Origin: Felis catus
Lineage: Eukaryota
Assembly (NCBI RefSeq): GCF_018350175.1
Contig: NC_058368.1
Location: forward strand, 123,754,001-123,818,000
DNA length: 64,000 nt
Direction of reading: 5' to 3'
This document shows positions 1 to 12,587 of the stretch, piece after piece; the first letter of the stretch is position 1; each line of letters starts with the position of its first letter. The position numbers were made by a program, and so were the translations under genes. Under the pieces are notes generated by a model. It had not been told where the DNA came from and did not search any database. It worked only from the letters and a program-made list of their open reading frames with translations.

Positions 1-19
1 TTCAGGAGAATGTAGACAT

Positions 20-960
20 TGTTACCACTCTCTCCTTGGAGCACTCTCTTCACTGGACTTTCTGGAAACATTCTCCGAGTTATTAGGGTTTCCTCTCAGT
101 CTTGTGTTCTTCCTTCCTTCCCAACAATCTGAAATGCTGGTGTTTCTTAAAACTCTGTCTGAAACCTTCTCTCCTCACTTTATAACTCCTGCTTGAGATT
201 TCAATTTTTATGACTTTGACTACCATGAATATGCCAGTGACTCCCCATACTCAGACTACTCCTCAGACTACTCCATTTGTGCAAACAAGGACTTGACTTC
301 CTCTTCAAAATCTCAAAAGCATCTTAAACATAAGGTGCTCAAAACCAAAATTATTCTCTCTTCTCTACCCCTCTTCCTATATCAGGTCACGTTCTCTCCT
401 AATGCCCCCCAACTCATTATCCGGCAGCAATTAACATCCATCCGTTAAACAAGACAGAACTTTCAGAACTATCCTTGTTATCTCCCTCTCTATGATTCCC
501 CACATTCTATGTTTCACCAAAACCTGTCCATTTTGCCTCCCAAATATTTCTTAAATCCATCCACCTTTCTCCATCTGCACCACTCCCTCATTAGTCTTAC
601 TACCATTATCTCACTTGGACTATTTCTTTCTTTTTTTTTTTTTTTAACATTTTTTAATTTTATTTTGAGAGAGAGACAGAGTGTGAGTGGGGAAGGGGAA
701 GAGAGAGAGGGAGACACAGAATCCGAAGCAGGCTTCACACTCCAAGCCGTCAGCACAGAGCCCAACACGGGGCTTGAACTCACAGACTGTGAGATCATGA
801 CCTGAGCCAAAGCCAGACGCCCAACCAACTGAACCCCCCAGGTGCTCCTCACTTGGACTATTTCAACAGCTTCCTAACTCATCTCCCTAAATCCATTCTT
901 TTCCAGCCCTAATCTATTATTCTACCCTATATCCAAAGTCATCATTTTAAAAGGTTACCC
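20..960. mobile_element. L2 LINE remnant interrupted by a CanSINE
   Basis: tcaaaagcatcttaaacataa...ccaaaacctgtccattttgcctcccaaatatttcttaaatccatccacctttctcc...cttggactatttcaacagcttcctaact, typical of L2a. Confidence 0.6.
627..847 (-). mobile_element. CanSINE (SINEC_Fc-type)
   Basis: tRNA-derived head, (CT)n body and A-tail on the minus strand. TSD ctcacttggactatttc. Confidence 0.9.
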
Positions 961-984
961 CATGCTTTTATTCAAAACTTTTTT

Positions 985-1206
985 TTTATTATTTTATTTT
1001 TTTAACGTTTATTTATTTTTGAGACAGAGAGAGACAGAGCATGAACTGGGGAGGAGCAGAGAGAAAGGGAGACACAGAATCGGAAGCAGGCTCCAGGCTC
1101 TGAGCTGTCAGCACAGAGCCCGACGCGGGGCTCGAACCCACGGACCGTGAGATCATGACCTGAGCCGAAGTCGGACGCCCAACCGACCAAGCCACCCAGG
1201 CGCCCC
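985..1206 (-). mobile_element. CanSINE (SINEC_Fc-type)
   Basis: Full length, CpG-rich. TSD tattcaaaacttttt. Confidence 0.9.
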
Positions 1207-3817
1207 TATTCAAAACTTTTTATAAACCTTAACAGTACCCATCTCTCTCCTTTATAGCACTTATTAGTTTATTTTTATATTTATTTGTCTGATTATACAC
1301 ATCTCCTCTAAGAGTGTGGCACACAACATGTGAGGGACAAATACTTGTGGAATAGATGACTCCTATGTAATGGAGAATAAATAAGCCTAAGAGAATATAC
1401 AGATAAAGACCCAGCCCTTTTCGGATAAAGAAACTGAAGCTGTGAACATGGGTGATTTACCCTAATTGTAGGTGAAAGAAGTGGAATTCAAACTCAAACC
1501 TGTATGTTTCCAGTGTCCACACACCTAACTTAAAATGCATCCCATAAATCAAAAAAAAAAAATCTCTAAAAACTTTTATATGTTACTAAAAACAAATGGA
1601 AATCATTTCCTATATTGGTAAAATACATTTTTTTTTAAATAAAGTTCTATTGAAACTACAAGGTAAGACACCCTGCATTCTAACTTCTTTAAAATGGAAC
1701 AGTCTGTTTCTCTCTTATTTTGGGTAATTATAAGATGGATGCACAGATATGATTCACATCCTTTATTATACTAAGTATTAATAAGTCTGTATCTCCTAGT
1801 ACATAAACACCTTCTACTGCATTGCATTTAGATAATCCACTGAAATATGTCTATGGCTAGCACCTGTATGAATTGTAAGATTTCATTGTTTGTTCTGATA
1901 GTTCAAAATTTCAAACTCCTCTGCTTTTACTAAGACTTTAACTTAAAAAATACTCGACCAAGTTATAAAGTCTCCCTATCCCAGTATATCATTTGTAATC
2001 ATGAAAAGTCCAAGGACATGAAATATGGTAACTATCACATCATTTTTCCAGCAATCTGATTTTTTCCCTTAGTAAATCCTAAACATAGGTTGAATTAACT
2101 GACCAACTTAAAGGCCAGCTCTTTACTTCATTAATTTTATATTAATTTTATCTATTTTATGTGATCCTTATATTTTCCAAATGAAAAATCAGAATCTCCA
2201 CCACAGTCTTTTTACTGGACAGCAAGCAATCTCAGACCTTTGTGAAGCACACATCCTCATGATTAATTTTCTCAACCTTCTTCCTATTGAGGAAGCTTCA
2301 TCCTCTCCTGAACTCCCCTTTGAAGGCAAAAACAGACCATCCAGCAATATTTACCTCCTTTCTTTTCTTTTTCCTCATTCGTTTTGCCTCCCTTTTTATT
2401 AGAATAAATTTATTTAGCGAAAACCCACATCAGGGCCATATCAAGAGGCTCTCTTGAGTTTAAAATTTCAGTAATGGCTATTGAATAAGTCAATGCTTTT
2501 AAATGTATGTTTTAATTATTAGCTAACAAAAAAATAAGCTCTTAAACAGTACTCAATTTTGTCAAGATTTTCTTATAACTTTGGCCATGTTACCTTAATT
2601 CTGGTGCCATACTTCTAATTGATGTTGAGTTTCCATGGCTGTAGGGTAGATGAAACTCCTTACCTGTCCAATGGGTCCAATGGGTACCAACGCCCCACAT
2701 AGTAATCATCAGGCAGCCAGCTACAGCTACACAGTAACACTCAGGTGTTACCATTCCAATCATTAATCAGCTAATGAACTGCAAGACTAGTACTGAGAAA
2801 AATTGAAAATCTTAGAAAATGTAATTACTCTACTTCAAGGAACATCTCTCACCTGTTTATTATTCTGCAGGTCAACGGAATAGAGCATAGCACAGGCCGA
2901 TTACAATGTTAGAAGAGATTCCCTTGGTGTGTTAGATCTTTGCCAAAAGAATCTGACAGACTTTACTGAAGACAAACTACTACTGATACAATAATGTGAT
3001 ATTCAGCAGACTACATTAAAATCGTAGTTTCTTTCCTTTTTTAATTAAATAGTAGGTGAACACTAATCTCCACCTTTTTTAAAAAATAAAAATCCCTTCA
3101 TTAAAATTTCAGTCTGACCAAATTATATTTTAAAATGGCTTTTCAAGGTAGCACATGTTCCCATTCGTCACAGTATGACTAAGGCAAGAATAACAAACTA
3201 GTTCCAGGATTTCATGAGCCACCTGGTCACTGATAAAGTTGTGTACCTAAGTGTGGCAAAAGAGGAAACGAGGGGGGGTGGTCTACATTACTTTGTATCA
3301 GTGCCTATCATTACTTCCTAAACACTTCAGTTTTCAGCTTTTTCCTACTTTCTGCTGACAATAACACTCACCCCATTCTTCACCAGACTAGACTTATAAT
3401 TGATCTACAGGTCTGCTGCAGTTGCTCAAAATACCCCCTCGTATACTATGTGCTCTCTGTCTTCCTACCCTGAGTCCACTGGTGTCAAATGCTGTTAATA
3501 TATTCTGCAGCAACTGACTCTTCTTAATCAGCACGGTTTGCTTACCACTGTGATCCTGAGAGATAGGCAAGGCAGACATTATTCTCATTAGAAATTACAC
3601 ATAAATAAATGAAGCAGCCCATGAGATCTTGCCCATGTGATCAGAAAGAATAGCAGAAGCAAAACCAGAATCTGACTTCCAAACCAACTGCCTTCACTGC
3701 TAGATCATACTCTAAAGTATTTAAATAAAGTTACAAAAACAAATTGCCACTCACGACAAAACCTCCACTATATCAAATCCTAAGCAAGGGGGAAGGCCCA
3801 TTTAAAAACCTATCTCC

Positions 3818-4046
3818 TGGGGTGCCTGGGTGGCTCAGTCAGTTAGGCGGCCGACTTCAGCTCAGGTCATGATCTCGCGGTCCGTGAGTTCGAGCCCCGC
3901 ATCGGGCTCTGTGCTGACAGCTCAGAGGCTGGAGCCTGTTTCAGATTCTGTGTCTCCCTCTCTCTGACCCTCCCCCGTTCATGCTCTGTCTCTCTCTGTC
4001 TCAAAAATAAATAAACGTTAAAAAAATTTTTTTTAAATAAAAAAAT
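3818..4046 (+). mobile_element. CanSINE (SINEC_Fc-type)
   Basis: ggggtgcctgggtggctcagtc... TSD aaaaacctatctcc. Confidence 0.9.
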
Positions 4047-4608
4047 AAAAACCTATCTCCATAAAAGGTAATTTACTTACTTGTAATTAGATTTGGTTCA
4101 TAATTAGACTACATTCAATGACAGCACTTAAACTCTCACTCATACTGTGAGACATAAAGTTAGTATTAATTTAGATATCCAACACTAGCTATAAAGTTGA
4201 ATATTACCCATAACCTGCCTAGCAAGTTTTGATAACATCACAGTTTAAGAAACCTTTTGCCAACTGAGCCATTGAGTCAGAAACAATACATATTTGGAAA
4301 GGAGTCCATTTAAAATTCCTTTCTCTTATCCATGCCGTTTGAAAAAAAAAAAAAAAGTAAAATACAATAAACATCACTTGCTTCTGCTACACTGCCTAAC
4401 TATGCTAGGTATATTTTCCAAATCAAATTACGATGTCATTTGAAAAACTATGTTTTTTTTAAAAACAGGTTTTTTTAAATTTTACTTACTTATTTTTGAG
4501 GGGGGATTTAATAATTAACAAGCTAATTTATGTTCTTCACACATTAGTGTGAAAACTACCTTTGTCCTTCTGATGACAGCTGTGCATGCTGACTGAAAAC
4601 TCAAGAGC

Positions 4609-4827
4609 TTTTTTTTAAGTTTATTTACTTTTTTTTTTTTTTTTTTTAGTTTATTTACTTTGAGACACAGTGTGAATCGGCGAAGAGCAGAGAGAGAAGG
4701 AAATAGAGAATCCCAAACAGGCTCAATGCTATCAGCACAGAGCCTGACTCAGGGCTCAAACTCACAAACCATGAGATCAGGAAATCAAGAGTCCGACGTT
4801 TAACCAACTGAGACACCCAGGTGCCCC
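4609..4827 (-). mobile_element. CanSINE
   Basis: T-rich tail, (AG)n body and a head ending ...cacccaggtgcccc. Confidence 0.85.
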
Positions 4828-5413
4828 AAAAACATAGTTTTTAAGTTAAATATCATACAAGTATGAATTTTAATTACATTTGGTCATATATTTAACAAAC
4901 CGTCTCTCTGAAGAAGGCTACTACTACTTAAAGTTAGGGCTATCTCAGAACACTGCAGATGGGTGTGATCACTATATATATATACCGATTTCTTAAACTC
5001 TGGAAAGAAAAAAATACAAAATCTTATTGATGAAAAGAAGTTATGATGAGAACTGGTTATGTTTAGCTCCTTCAACCTCAAGTTAGGTCTTGATAAGTTT
5101 ATATTTAACAAATAAAACCTCCATGTTTTAGGAAATGGGCACTTAGAGGAGTTAGGACTATCCAAACCATGCTATTACTAGTTCACACATCTATTCTATT
5201 ACACTGTTCTCTCTCCAGCCACATTCATTTGGGTACCTTGCCTATGAATTGTGGGAATATTGCTCACCTAGAAGCAAAATCAGAAGATCTTTGTGAGATG
5301 ATTCCACAGAGAAATAGGTTAGAAGTAATAAAAACATTTCCCAAAGTGATCTGGGCACTAAAAACTGAAATACAAACCAGTTTCCAATGTCAATGTCATT
5401 TAAACTGAAACTA

Positions 5414-5898
5414 GGGGGGCGCCTGGGTGGCGCAGTCGGTTAAGCGTCCGACTTCAGCCAGGTCACGATCTCGCAGTCCATGAGTTCGAGCCCTGCGTCA
5501 GGCTCTGGGCTGATGGCTCAGAGCCTGGAGCCTGTTTCCGATTCTGTGTCTCCCTCTCTCTCTGCCCCTCCCCTGTTCATGCTCTGTCTCTCTCTGTCCC
5601 AAAAATAAATAAATGTTGAAAAAAAAAATTTAAAACTGTGTGTTCACAACATGTTTAAAAAAAATAAAAATAAAAAAATAAACTGAAACTAAGGGCGCCT
5701 GGGTGGCTCAGTCAGTTAAGCATCTGACTTTGGCTCAGGTCATTATCTCACAGTTCATGAGTTTGAGCCCCAAGTCAGGCTCTGAGCCTGGAGCCTACTT
5801 CAGATTCTGTGTCTCCCTCTCCTTCTGCCCCTCCCCTGCTCATTCTCTGTCTCTCTCTGTCTTTCAAAAATAAATAATCGTTAAGAAAAAACAATTTT
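5414..5898 (+). mobile_element. Tandem pair of CanSINEs (young 5414-5678, older 5692-5898)
   Basis: Two SINE heads and three copies of aactgaaacta. Confidence 0.9.
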
Positions 5899-6004
5899 TA
5901 ACTGAAACTAGAACACTAAATAATGTTCCAAAAGAAGAGTCACCAGCACATGATATTAAATTTAAATAACAGACTGGGTCACTGGTACCAAAGTGGTTTT
6001 TAGT

Positions 6005-6260
6005 TTAATAATGATAATAGCAGCACAGGCCAGGACTATGCTTAACACTTCACTGTGCTAAACACTTCATATACATTGTCTCATACATTATCTCAGCTAA
6101 TTTCACAGCACTATGAAAAATGCCCTATTAGCATCATCTTTTTCCTCATTAGATGACGAAACTCATAGAGGTGAAGTGACCTGCCCAGTGTCATACAGTT
6201 ATTAATAGATGGGTCTAGAATTCAAACCCCGGAAGAGTAGCTGACTCAAGTGTATTGCCT
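6005..6260. mobile_element. MIR SINE remnant
   Basis: gctaaacacttcatatacattgtctca...agatgacgaaactcatagaggtgaagtgacctgcccagtgtcatacag...gaattcaaaccc. Confidence 0.65.
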
Positions 6261-7773
6261 ATTCATTCATGTAACAAATACTTGAATGCCTACCATGTGC
6301 CACACAACCTTCTGAACACCCACCTCCTGTGTCTTTATCCAGCAATACAAATGGGGCCTGAACTTTCCACAGGAATTATTTACAGAATTTAGAACTAGAC
6401 AAAAGTAATGTGCCCAAAGGTGCACATTATTTATGCTGGAAAGTAAAAGCAACCGTTTAAGAAGAAATCATTTTGAAATACAGATAGACTTCATTAAAAT
6501 ACCAACCAATCTCCATTTACAAGCCTTTGCATATCTCTTCAGTGTAGAGACCCTGTCTTACTCTTAGTAACCTCAGAGCTAGGAAATACCAGGCATTCAA
6601 CTTACTATACAGTATTGTCACTGTTTCTTATGAGTCTGTCTTCCACAGTAAACAAGAGCTATTTGAGAACCAAGGCTCTTGTTTTACTTTTTTCACCCAT
6701 TTTTGTATTCCAATGCTGTGACATAAAGTAAGGCTAAAACCTCAGAGCTTTATGATGATTGCCTGAGTTTATGTAAGAAATTTACAAAAGATTCGTTTAG
6801 GCATTCAATGAATAATGTTTTTCTTCTCTTTTCCTCATTTACCCCTCAAGCGCCTAGGCAGTCAACCCATCTCTCTTAATGCTGATGTAAATGTACCAAA
6901 AGGCAAGGCAGAACCTCACTTAACAAGCTGCCAATTAACTCAAGAGCTCATCTAGGACATATTTCCTATATGTCATTTTCCTGGGCACCCCACCCTGAAA
7001 AAGACTCAGGAAACATTTCCAAACAGTGACAAATGAGAAATAAACCATGAGATTCTAACTATATCCGCTGTAATGAGTTCCCAAAGGTGACTCTGAACTC
7101 TACACACATGACTCCCATGAAATATAGTGAAGACCAAAAGTCTTCCTTTCCTGTATAGAAATGCCAACAACAATGCTACCTGAAAAAAAAGTCTGTGGGT
7201 ATGTTACTTAACAGGGCAAATTCAAGGATGATATGCTGTCTTGGCAAACTCTTAGTAGTAATTAGGAATTTGAGTTATGAAAAATTAAAGTGCCTCCTTT
7301 GGGTAGCAGGCACATGCTCAAAATATCGTTAGGTAGAAATGGATTCTGAAGTCACATCATATAGAATTAAGATAGTCATAAAACAGTTAGGCTACCTAAA
7401 AATAATCATTGTTTTTACAATCAACTAATCTCCTAAACCTCTCCTTTGTCAACTTCTCCATTTATTAGTACCTTTCTTAAATATTGACCAATTTGCATTC
7501 AAAAGTTATAATCCTTAAAAATCCATTTCCCAATTCCCAATTATATCACTTCTTGGCTGGGTTCCATTGGGAGAGTTTCCCAAATATTCTAGGCCTCAGT
7601 TCTATCACCTACAGAATAGAGATGACCAAACTACCCTCCCTGAGCGAGTTGTTAAGAGACCTTACAGGCCACACAGGGCCTAGTAATCACTAAACAAATG
7701 TCAGTTATTGTTATTATCCACTTTGACATTTAGAAGTTGGTTACAAAATTCACTATTAAGAATACCATGGAGA

Positions 7774-8549
7774 GGGGTGCCTGGGTGGCGCAGTCGGTTA
7801 AGCGTCCGACTTCAGCCAGGTCATGATCTTGCGGTCTGTGAGTTCAAGCCCCGCGTCAGGCTCTGGGCTGATGGCTCGGAGCCTGGAGCCTGTTTCCGGT
7901 TCTGTGTCTCCCTCTCTCTCTGCCCCTCTCCCGTTCATGCTCTGTCTCTCTCTGTCCCAAAAATAAAATAAAAAACGTTGAAAAAAAAATTAAAAAAAAA
8001 AAAAAAGAATACCATGGAGAGCGGTCTGGGTGGCTCAGTCAGTTAAGCACCAGATTCTTGATTTTGGCTCTGGTCATGATCTCATGGTCCTGGGATCAAG
8101 TTCCAAGTGAGGCTCTGCAGTGGGTATGGAGCCTGCTTAAGATTCCCTCACTCTCTCTCCCTCTGCTCCTCCCCACTCATGTTCTCTCTCCCTTTCTCCA
8201 GAAGAGAAGAGAAGAGAAGAGAAGAGAAGAGAAGAGAAGAGAAGAGAAGAGAAGAGAAGAGAAGAGAAGAGAAGAGAAGAGAAGAGAAGAGAAGAGAAGA
8301 GAAAAAAGAAATTGGAGCACCTGGGTGGCTCAGTCAGTTAAGTGCCCGACTTCAGCTCAGGTCATGATCTCATGGTCCGTGGGTTCGAGCCCTGCATCAG
8401 ACTCTGCTGACAGCTCAGAGCCTGGAGCCTGCTTCTGCTTCTGTGTCTCCCTCTCTCTCTGCCCTTAACCCACTCGCATTCTGTCTCTGTCTCTCTTAAA
8501 AATAAACAAAAAAAAATTTTTTTAATACAAAAATTTAAAAAAGAAATGA
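7774..8549 (+). mobile_element. Stack of three CanSINEs with a (GAAGA)n tail
   Basis: Heads at ~7774, ~8019 and ~8314. aagaataccatgga occurs three times. Confidence 0.9.
8201..8300 (+). repeat. (GAAGA)20 pentanucleotide microsatellite
   Basis: Perfect array read directly. Confidence 0.97.
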
Positions 8550-8964
8550 AAGAATACCATGGATGCATACTATATTCCAGTCACACTGGCCTCTTTCCTA
8601 TTACAAAATGCTCTTCACCATTTGGCCCTCAACACTTGCTCTTCCCTGTGCCTGGAATCATCTGGAATCATCTTCTTCCAGTTCCTCCATACCCTCCTTA
8701 TTTTCATCCTTAAATCTTAATTCAAGTATCACCTCCTCAGAGAAGCCTTCTTTGAGATTGCCACCCTCCACCGTCTGACACTCTTCCACCTTGTTTGAAC
8801 TCTTTCATGCCATTTACAAACATCTGTAACTGTCTTAAATATTAGTTTAGAAATGTTATCTTTTTTACAGTAATATTTATAGCTACTAACATTGTATTAA
8901 GCACATTATAGGTGCTTAATAAAGATAATGCAAAGTCAAATATTTAAAAAACTTAATACTGTTC

Positions 8965-9022
8965 TCACACACATCTATACACACACACACACATGCACAC
9001 ACATACACATACACACACACAC
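8965..9022 (+). repeat. Imperfect (CA)n microsatellite
   Basis: Read directly. Confidence 0.85.
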
Positions 9023-9074
9023 AAATTTCACATTAATATACATCAAAAGAAACACCTGACTGAAAAAAGCAAGA

Positions 9075-9545
9075 GTAATGGAAAGAGCCCAAATGTCCAT
9101 CGACTGATGAATGGATAAAAATGTGGATGTATATACAATGGAACATTACTCAACCATCAAAAAGAATAAAACCTTGCCATTTGCAACCACGTGGATGGAA
9201 CTAGAGTGTATTATGCTAAGCAGAAAAGTCAGTCAGAGAAAGACAAATACCGTATGATCTCACTCATATGTAGAATTTAAGAAACAAAACAGTTGAACAT
9301 AAGGGAAGGAAAAATAAAATAAGATAAAAACAAAGAGTAAGGCAAACCAAAAGAGACTCTTAACTAGACAGAAGAAACTGTGGGTTGCTGGAGGAAAGAT
9401 GGATGGGAGGATGGGCTAAATGGGTGATAGGCATTAAGGAGGGCACTTGTGATGAGCAGTGGGTATTGTATTTAAGCGATAAATCACTAAATTCTACTCC
9501 TGAATTTAAAAAAATTTTTTAAAGAATATAATAAATGAAAAAAAT
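9075..9545 (+). mobile_element. L1 3' end fragment (carnivore type)
   Basis: aaagagcccaaatgtccatcgactgatgaatggataaaa...gagaaagacaaataccgtatgatctcactcatatg...aatcactaaattctactcctgaa. Confidence 0.85.
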
Positions 9546-10099
9546 TAAAAAGATGGAGAGGAGGGTATGGAGAGGTATTACACAACAATTGTTTGTTGTC
9601 CATTTAACTGCAGAGAAGAATTCAAATAATAGAATTTGCACAAATGAGGATGTACAATGAAGGCCATTCACAAATTTTGAAAATATGAAGTTCACTTTTT
9701 ATACAGAATGACCATTTCCATGGCCTAGGCAATAAAAGTAGTGAAGGTGACTCAGAGTACAGATAACTCCATTTTCTTAATTAAGGTGAAATTCAGGACT
9801 TAGCATGGTATAAAGTTTTTTTATTTGTTTAATTACTCTCTACCACAGACCTATACAGATTAATTTCCACCACTGCTGGGATTACCACTACTTGGAGATC
9901 ATATATGTGGCTTTTACACATGACTGATACAACACTACTATTTCAATATGCTCTGTAAGCTTCAAAGACATTCCATGAGTATGCATCAGAAATGTTTCAA
10001 AGTTTGAGAGTGTTTTTGCCCCTAATACGAAACTAGCTGATGTTACTGCTATGAAAATAATTATGTTACAGTTAGTAGGATTATAGAAGATTGATTTTA

Positions 10100-10325
10100 T
10101 TTCACAAATGTATCATGCACATTAAGTGCAAGACACTGCTCTAAGCTCTTTACATACAACTCACTTAAGCTTCACAACAACTATATAAGGTAGGTACTTT
10201 TATTAGCAAAGAGAGGCACAAAGAAGAAAACTGCCCAAGGTCACACAGTTAGTAAATGGAGGAAGTGAAATGGAAACCTAAGCAATTTGGATCCAGAGAT
10301 CATCGTTAGACTATGCTGCCTCTCT
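10100..10325. mobile_element. MIR SINE remnant
   Basis: gtgcaagacactgctctaagctctttaca...cacaacaactatataaggtaggtact...tgcccaaggtcacacagttagtaaatgg. Confidence 0.7.
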
Positions 10326-11318
10326 AATATCTTAAAGGAAAATTAATTGTTTATAAAAAACAAGATATTTCCAATGTTAGACTAGTTTTAATTAAAAAAC
10401 AAAGCAAACAAAAAATTATAAGCCATCTAGGCTTTAAACCTAGACAGCAAGAAGGCTGAAGGGAAGAAGTAAAGGAGGAGGAAGAGAAGAGAAAGCTACT
10501 TGTATCCACTGTTCATAATATCTGAATGGTGAATGCTTTTTAAAATGAAAATCAGACAAGATAGTGTCTATGTAATCCTTAACTAGCTTATTACAGAGAC
10601 TGTGTATTTCCATCCCAAATGCTGAATTAAGCCACCTAAATTAGGAGGAAGCAGACAATTAACATTCCAAATTCCTTTCCATAAAATTGAAGCTATATTT
10701 TAACTGGTTCACTTAAAATCTGGGAGTTTAGTGACTTTCTTCCAAATTCTCTTTTTTACTAGGGTAAACAATAACAACTTAAACTTCAATTTCTTATCCA
10801 AGAGAATAAAAAAAAAAAAAAAATCCCCCAAGTTGAGCATACATAGGAAACTTTGGTAGAGCTCAGCCAAAAATGACTAAACAAAAAAAGAGTAATCAAG
10901 ATCCATAGCACGCCCCTGAGTTTCCAAAGGGATGTAATTCAAAGAGAATATAAATGAAGAATTTACATTTCATAAAATCTATGGAGAAGAACATTCTCTA
11001 AACATTTCCATACTTTATTCCAAGCAAGGTAAATTAAAGTTAAAATTCAACTGTATAAAACCAACTGGAGTCAAACAGTAGCAATTTCTTCCAGGTCTCT
11101 GCTTTTGTTCAAAACTGGCCATTTAAAGGTAGAAAAACTCTTGCGGCAGGATTCCAGTCTAACAAAAGAATATGCCAGTTTAACAAATTTTTGATCATTT
11201 TTTGAGATTCCATCCCTCTCTCTGTAGCTGGGAAATAGAAAAGTTATATGAAAAAACCACAAACCCAGGGACCTTTCATCAGAAGCAAAAGAGGTTTGCT
11301 TAATAAAAGTTAATAAAA

Positions 11319-11990
11319 GGGGGCGCCTGGGTGGCGCAGTCGGTTAAGCGTCCGACTTCAGCCAGGTCACGATCTCGCGGTCCGTGAGTTCGAGCCCCAC
11401 GTCGGGCTCTGGGCTGATGGCTTGGAGCCTGGAGCCTGTTTCCGATTCTGTGTCTCCCTCTCTCTCTGCCCCTCCCCCGTTCATGCTCTGTCTCTCTCTG
11501 TCCCAAAAATAAATGAAAAAAAAAAAAAAAGTTAATAAAGGAAGTTCTGGGTGGCTCAGTTGGTTAAGGGTGTGTCTCTTCATTTTAGCTCTGGTCATGA
11601 ACTCACAATTTGTGGGTTTGAGCCCTACATAGGGCTCTGTGCTGACATCACCAAGTTGGCTTGGGATTCCCTCTCTCCCTCTCTCTCTGTGTCCCACCCC
11701 CTGCATTCACTTACACAGGTGCACACTCTCTTCTCTAAAATAAATAAATAGGGGCTCCCAGGGCTCCACTGGCTAAGCATGTGACTTCATCTAGGTCATG
11801 ACCTCAAAGTTCATGAGTTCGAGCTCTGCGATGGGCTCTGTGCAAACAGCTCAGAGCCTAGAGCCTGCTTCAGATTCTGTGTCTCCTCTCTCTCTCTGCC
11901 CACACCCCCACCTGTGCTCTCTCTCTTTCTCTCAAAAATAAACATTAAAAAAAATAAAAATAAATTTAAAAAAACATTGTAAAAATAAAT
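11319..11990 (+). mobile_element. Stack of three CanSINEs
   Basis: Heads at ~11319, ~11541 and ~11751. Repeated aagttaataaa(a)gg flank. Confidence 0.88.
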
Positions 11991-12587
11991 ACAAGTTAAC
12001 AGAGGTTGAAATGGCTAGTGATCAGGTAAGCATTTTCTCCTATTTATTTATTTTTATCTTCAGCATCCAACACGATGCCAGGCACCTAAGCAAACACATG
12101 TTCAAGAATGAATGAATGAATGTCAGGAGAAAAGGGGAGGCACAATATGCTGCAAACTATTTAGCAAGTGAAAATCTTTCACTAAATATTTAATTTTTTT
12201 TTCCCCTTGAGAAAGGGGTCCAGAATGAGGGAAAGGAAAGGGAATCACTCTTCAGAGGTAATACTTAAGGTGCAGATATCAGTATTACAGCAATGACATA
12301 TGACATCAGTATTGAGATAATTACTAGGGAAGAATAAGTAACAGGGATTCCACAACCACCTACTATCATCGGCTGCCAGATTTTATTCTTAATCTATTGA
12401 CTACGATTTGACATAATGATGATACCACATTTGGAGCATGGTAAGGAAACTATGACCAACCTCTCTTCCAAGAAAGCCAACATTGGAGCCCATGAGCTCC
12501 TGTCTGCACCTGCTATAATGGGCAGCTGTAACTGATGTTAGTGAAGAAAGGGAAGCTACTTCAGATCTGTTTTGGGCATGGATGAAT

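Noticed and set aside
8058..8468. ORFs with REEKR repeats
   Set aside because: Translation of the (GAAGA)n microsatellite.
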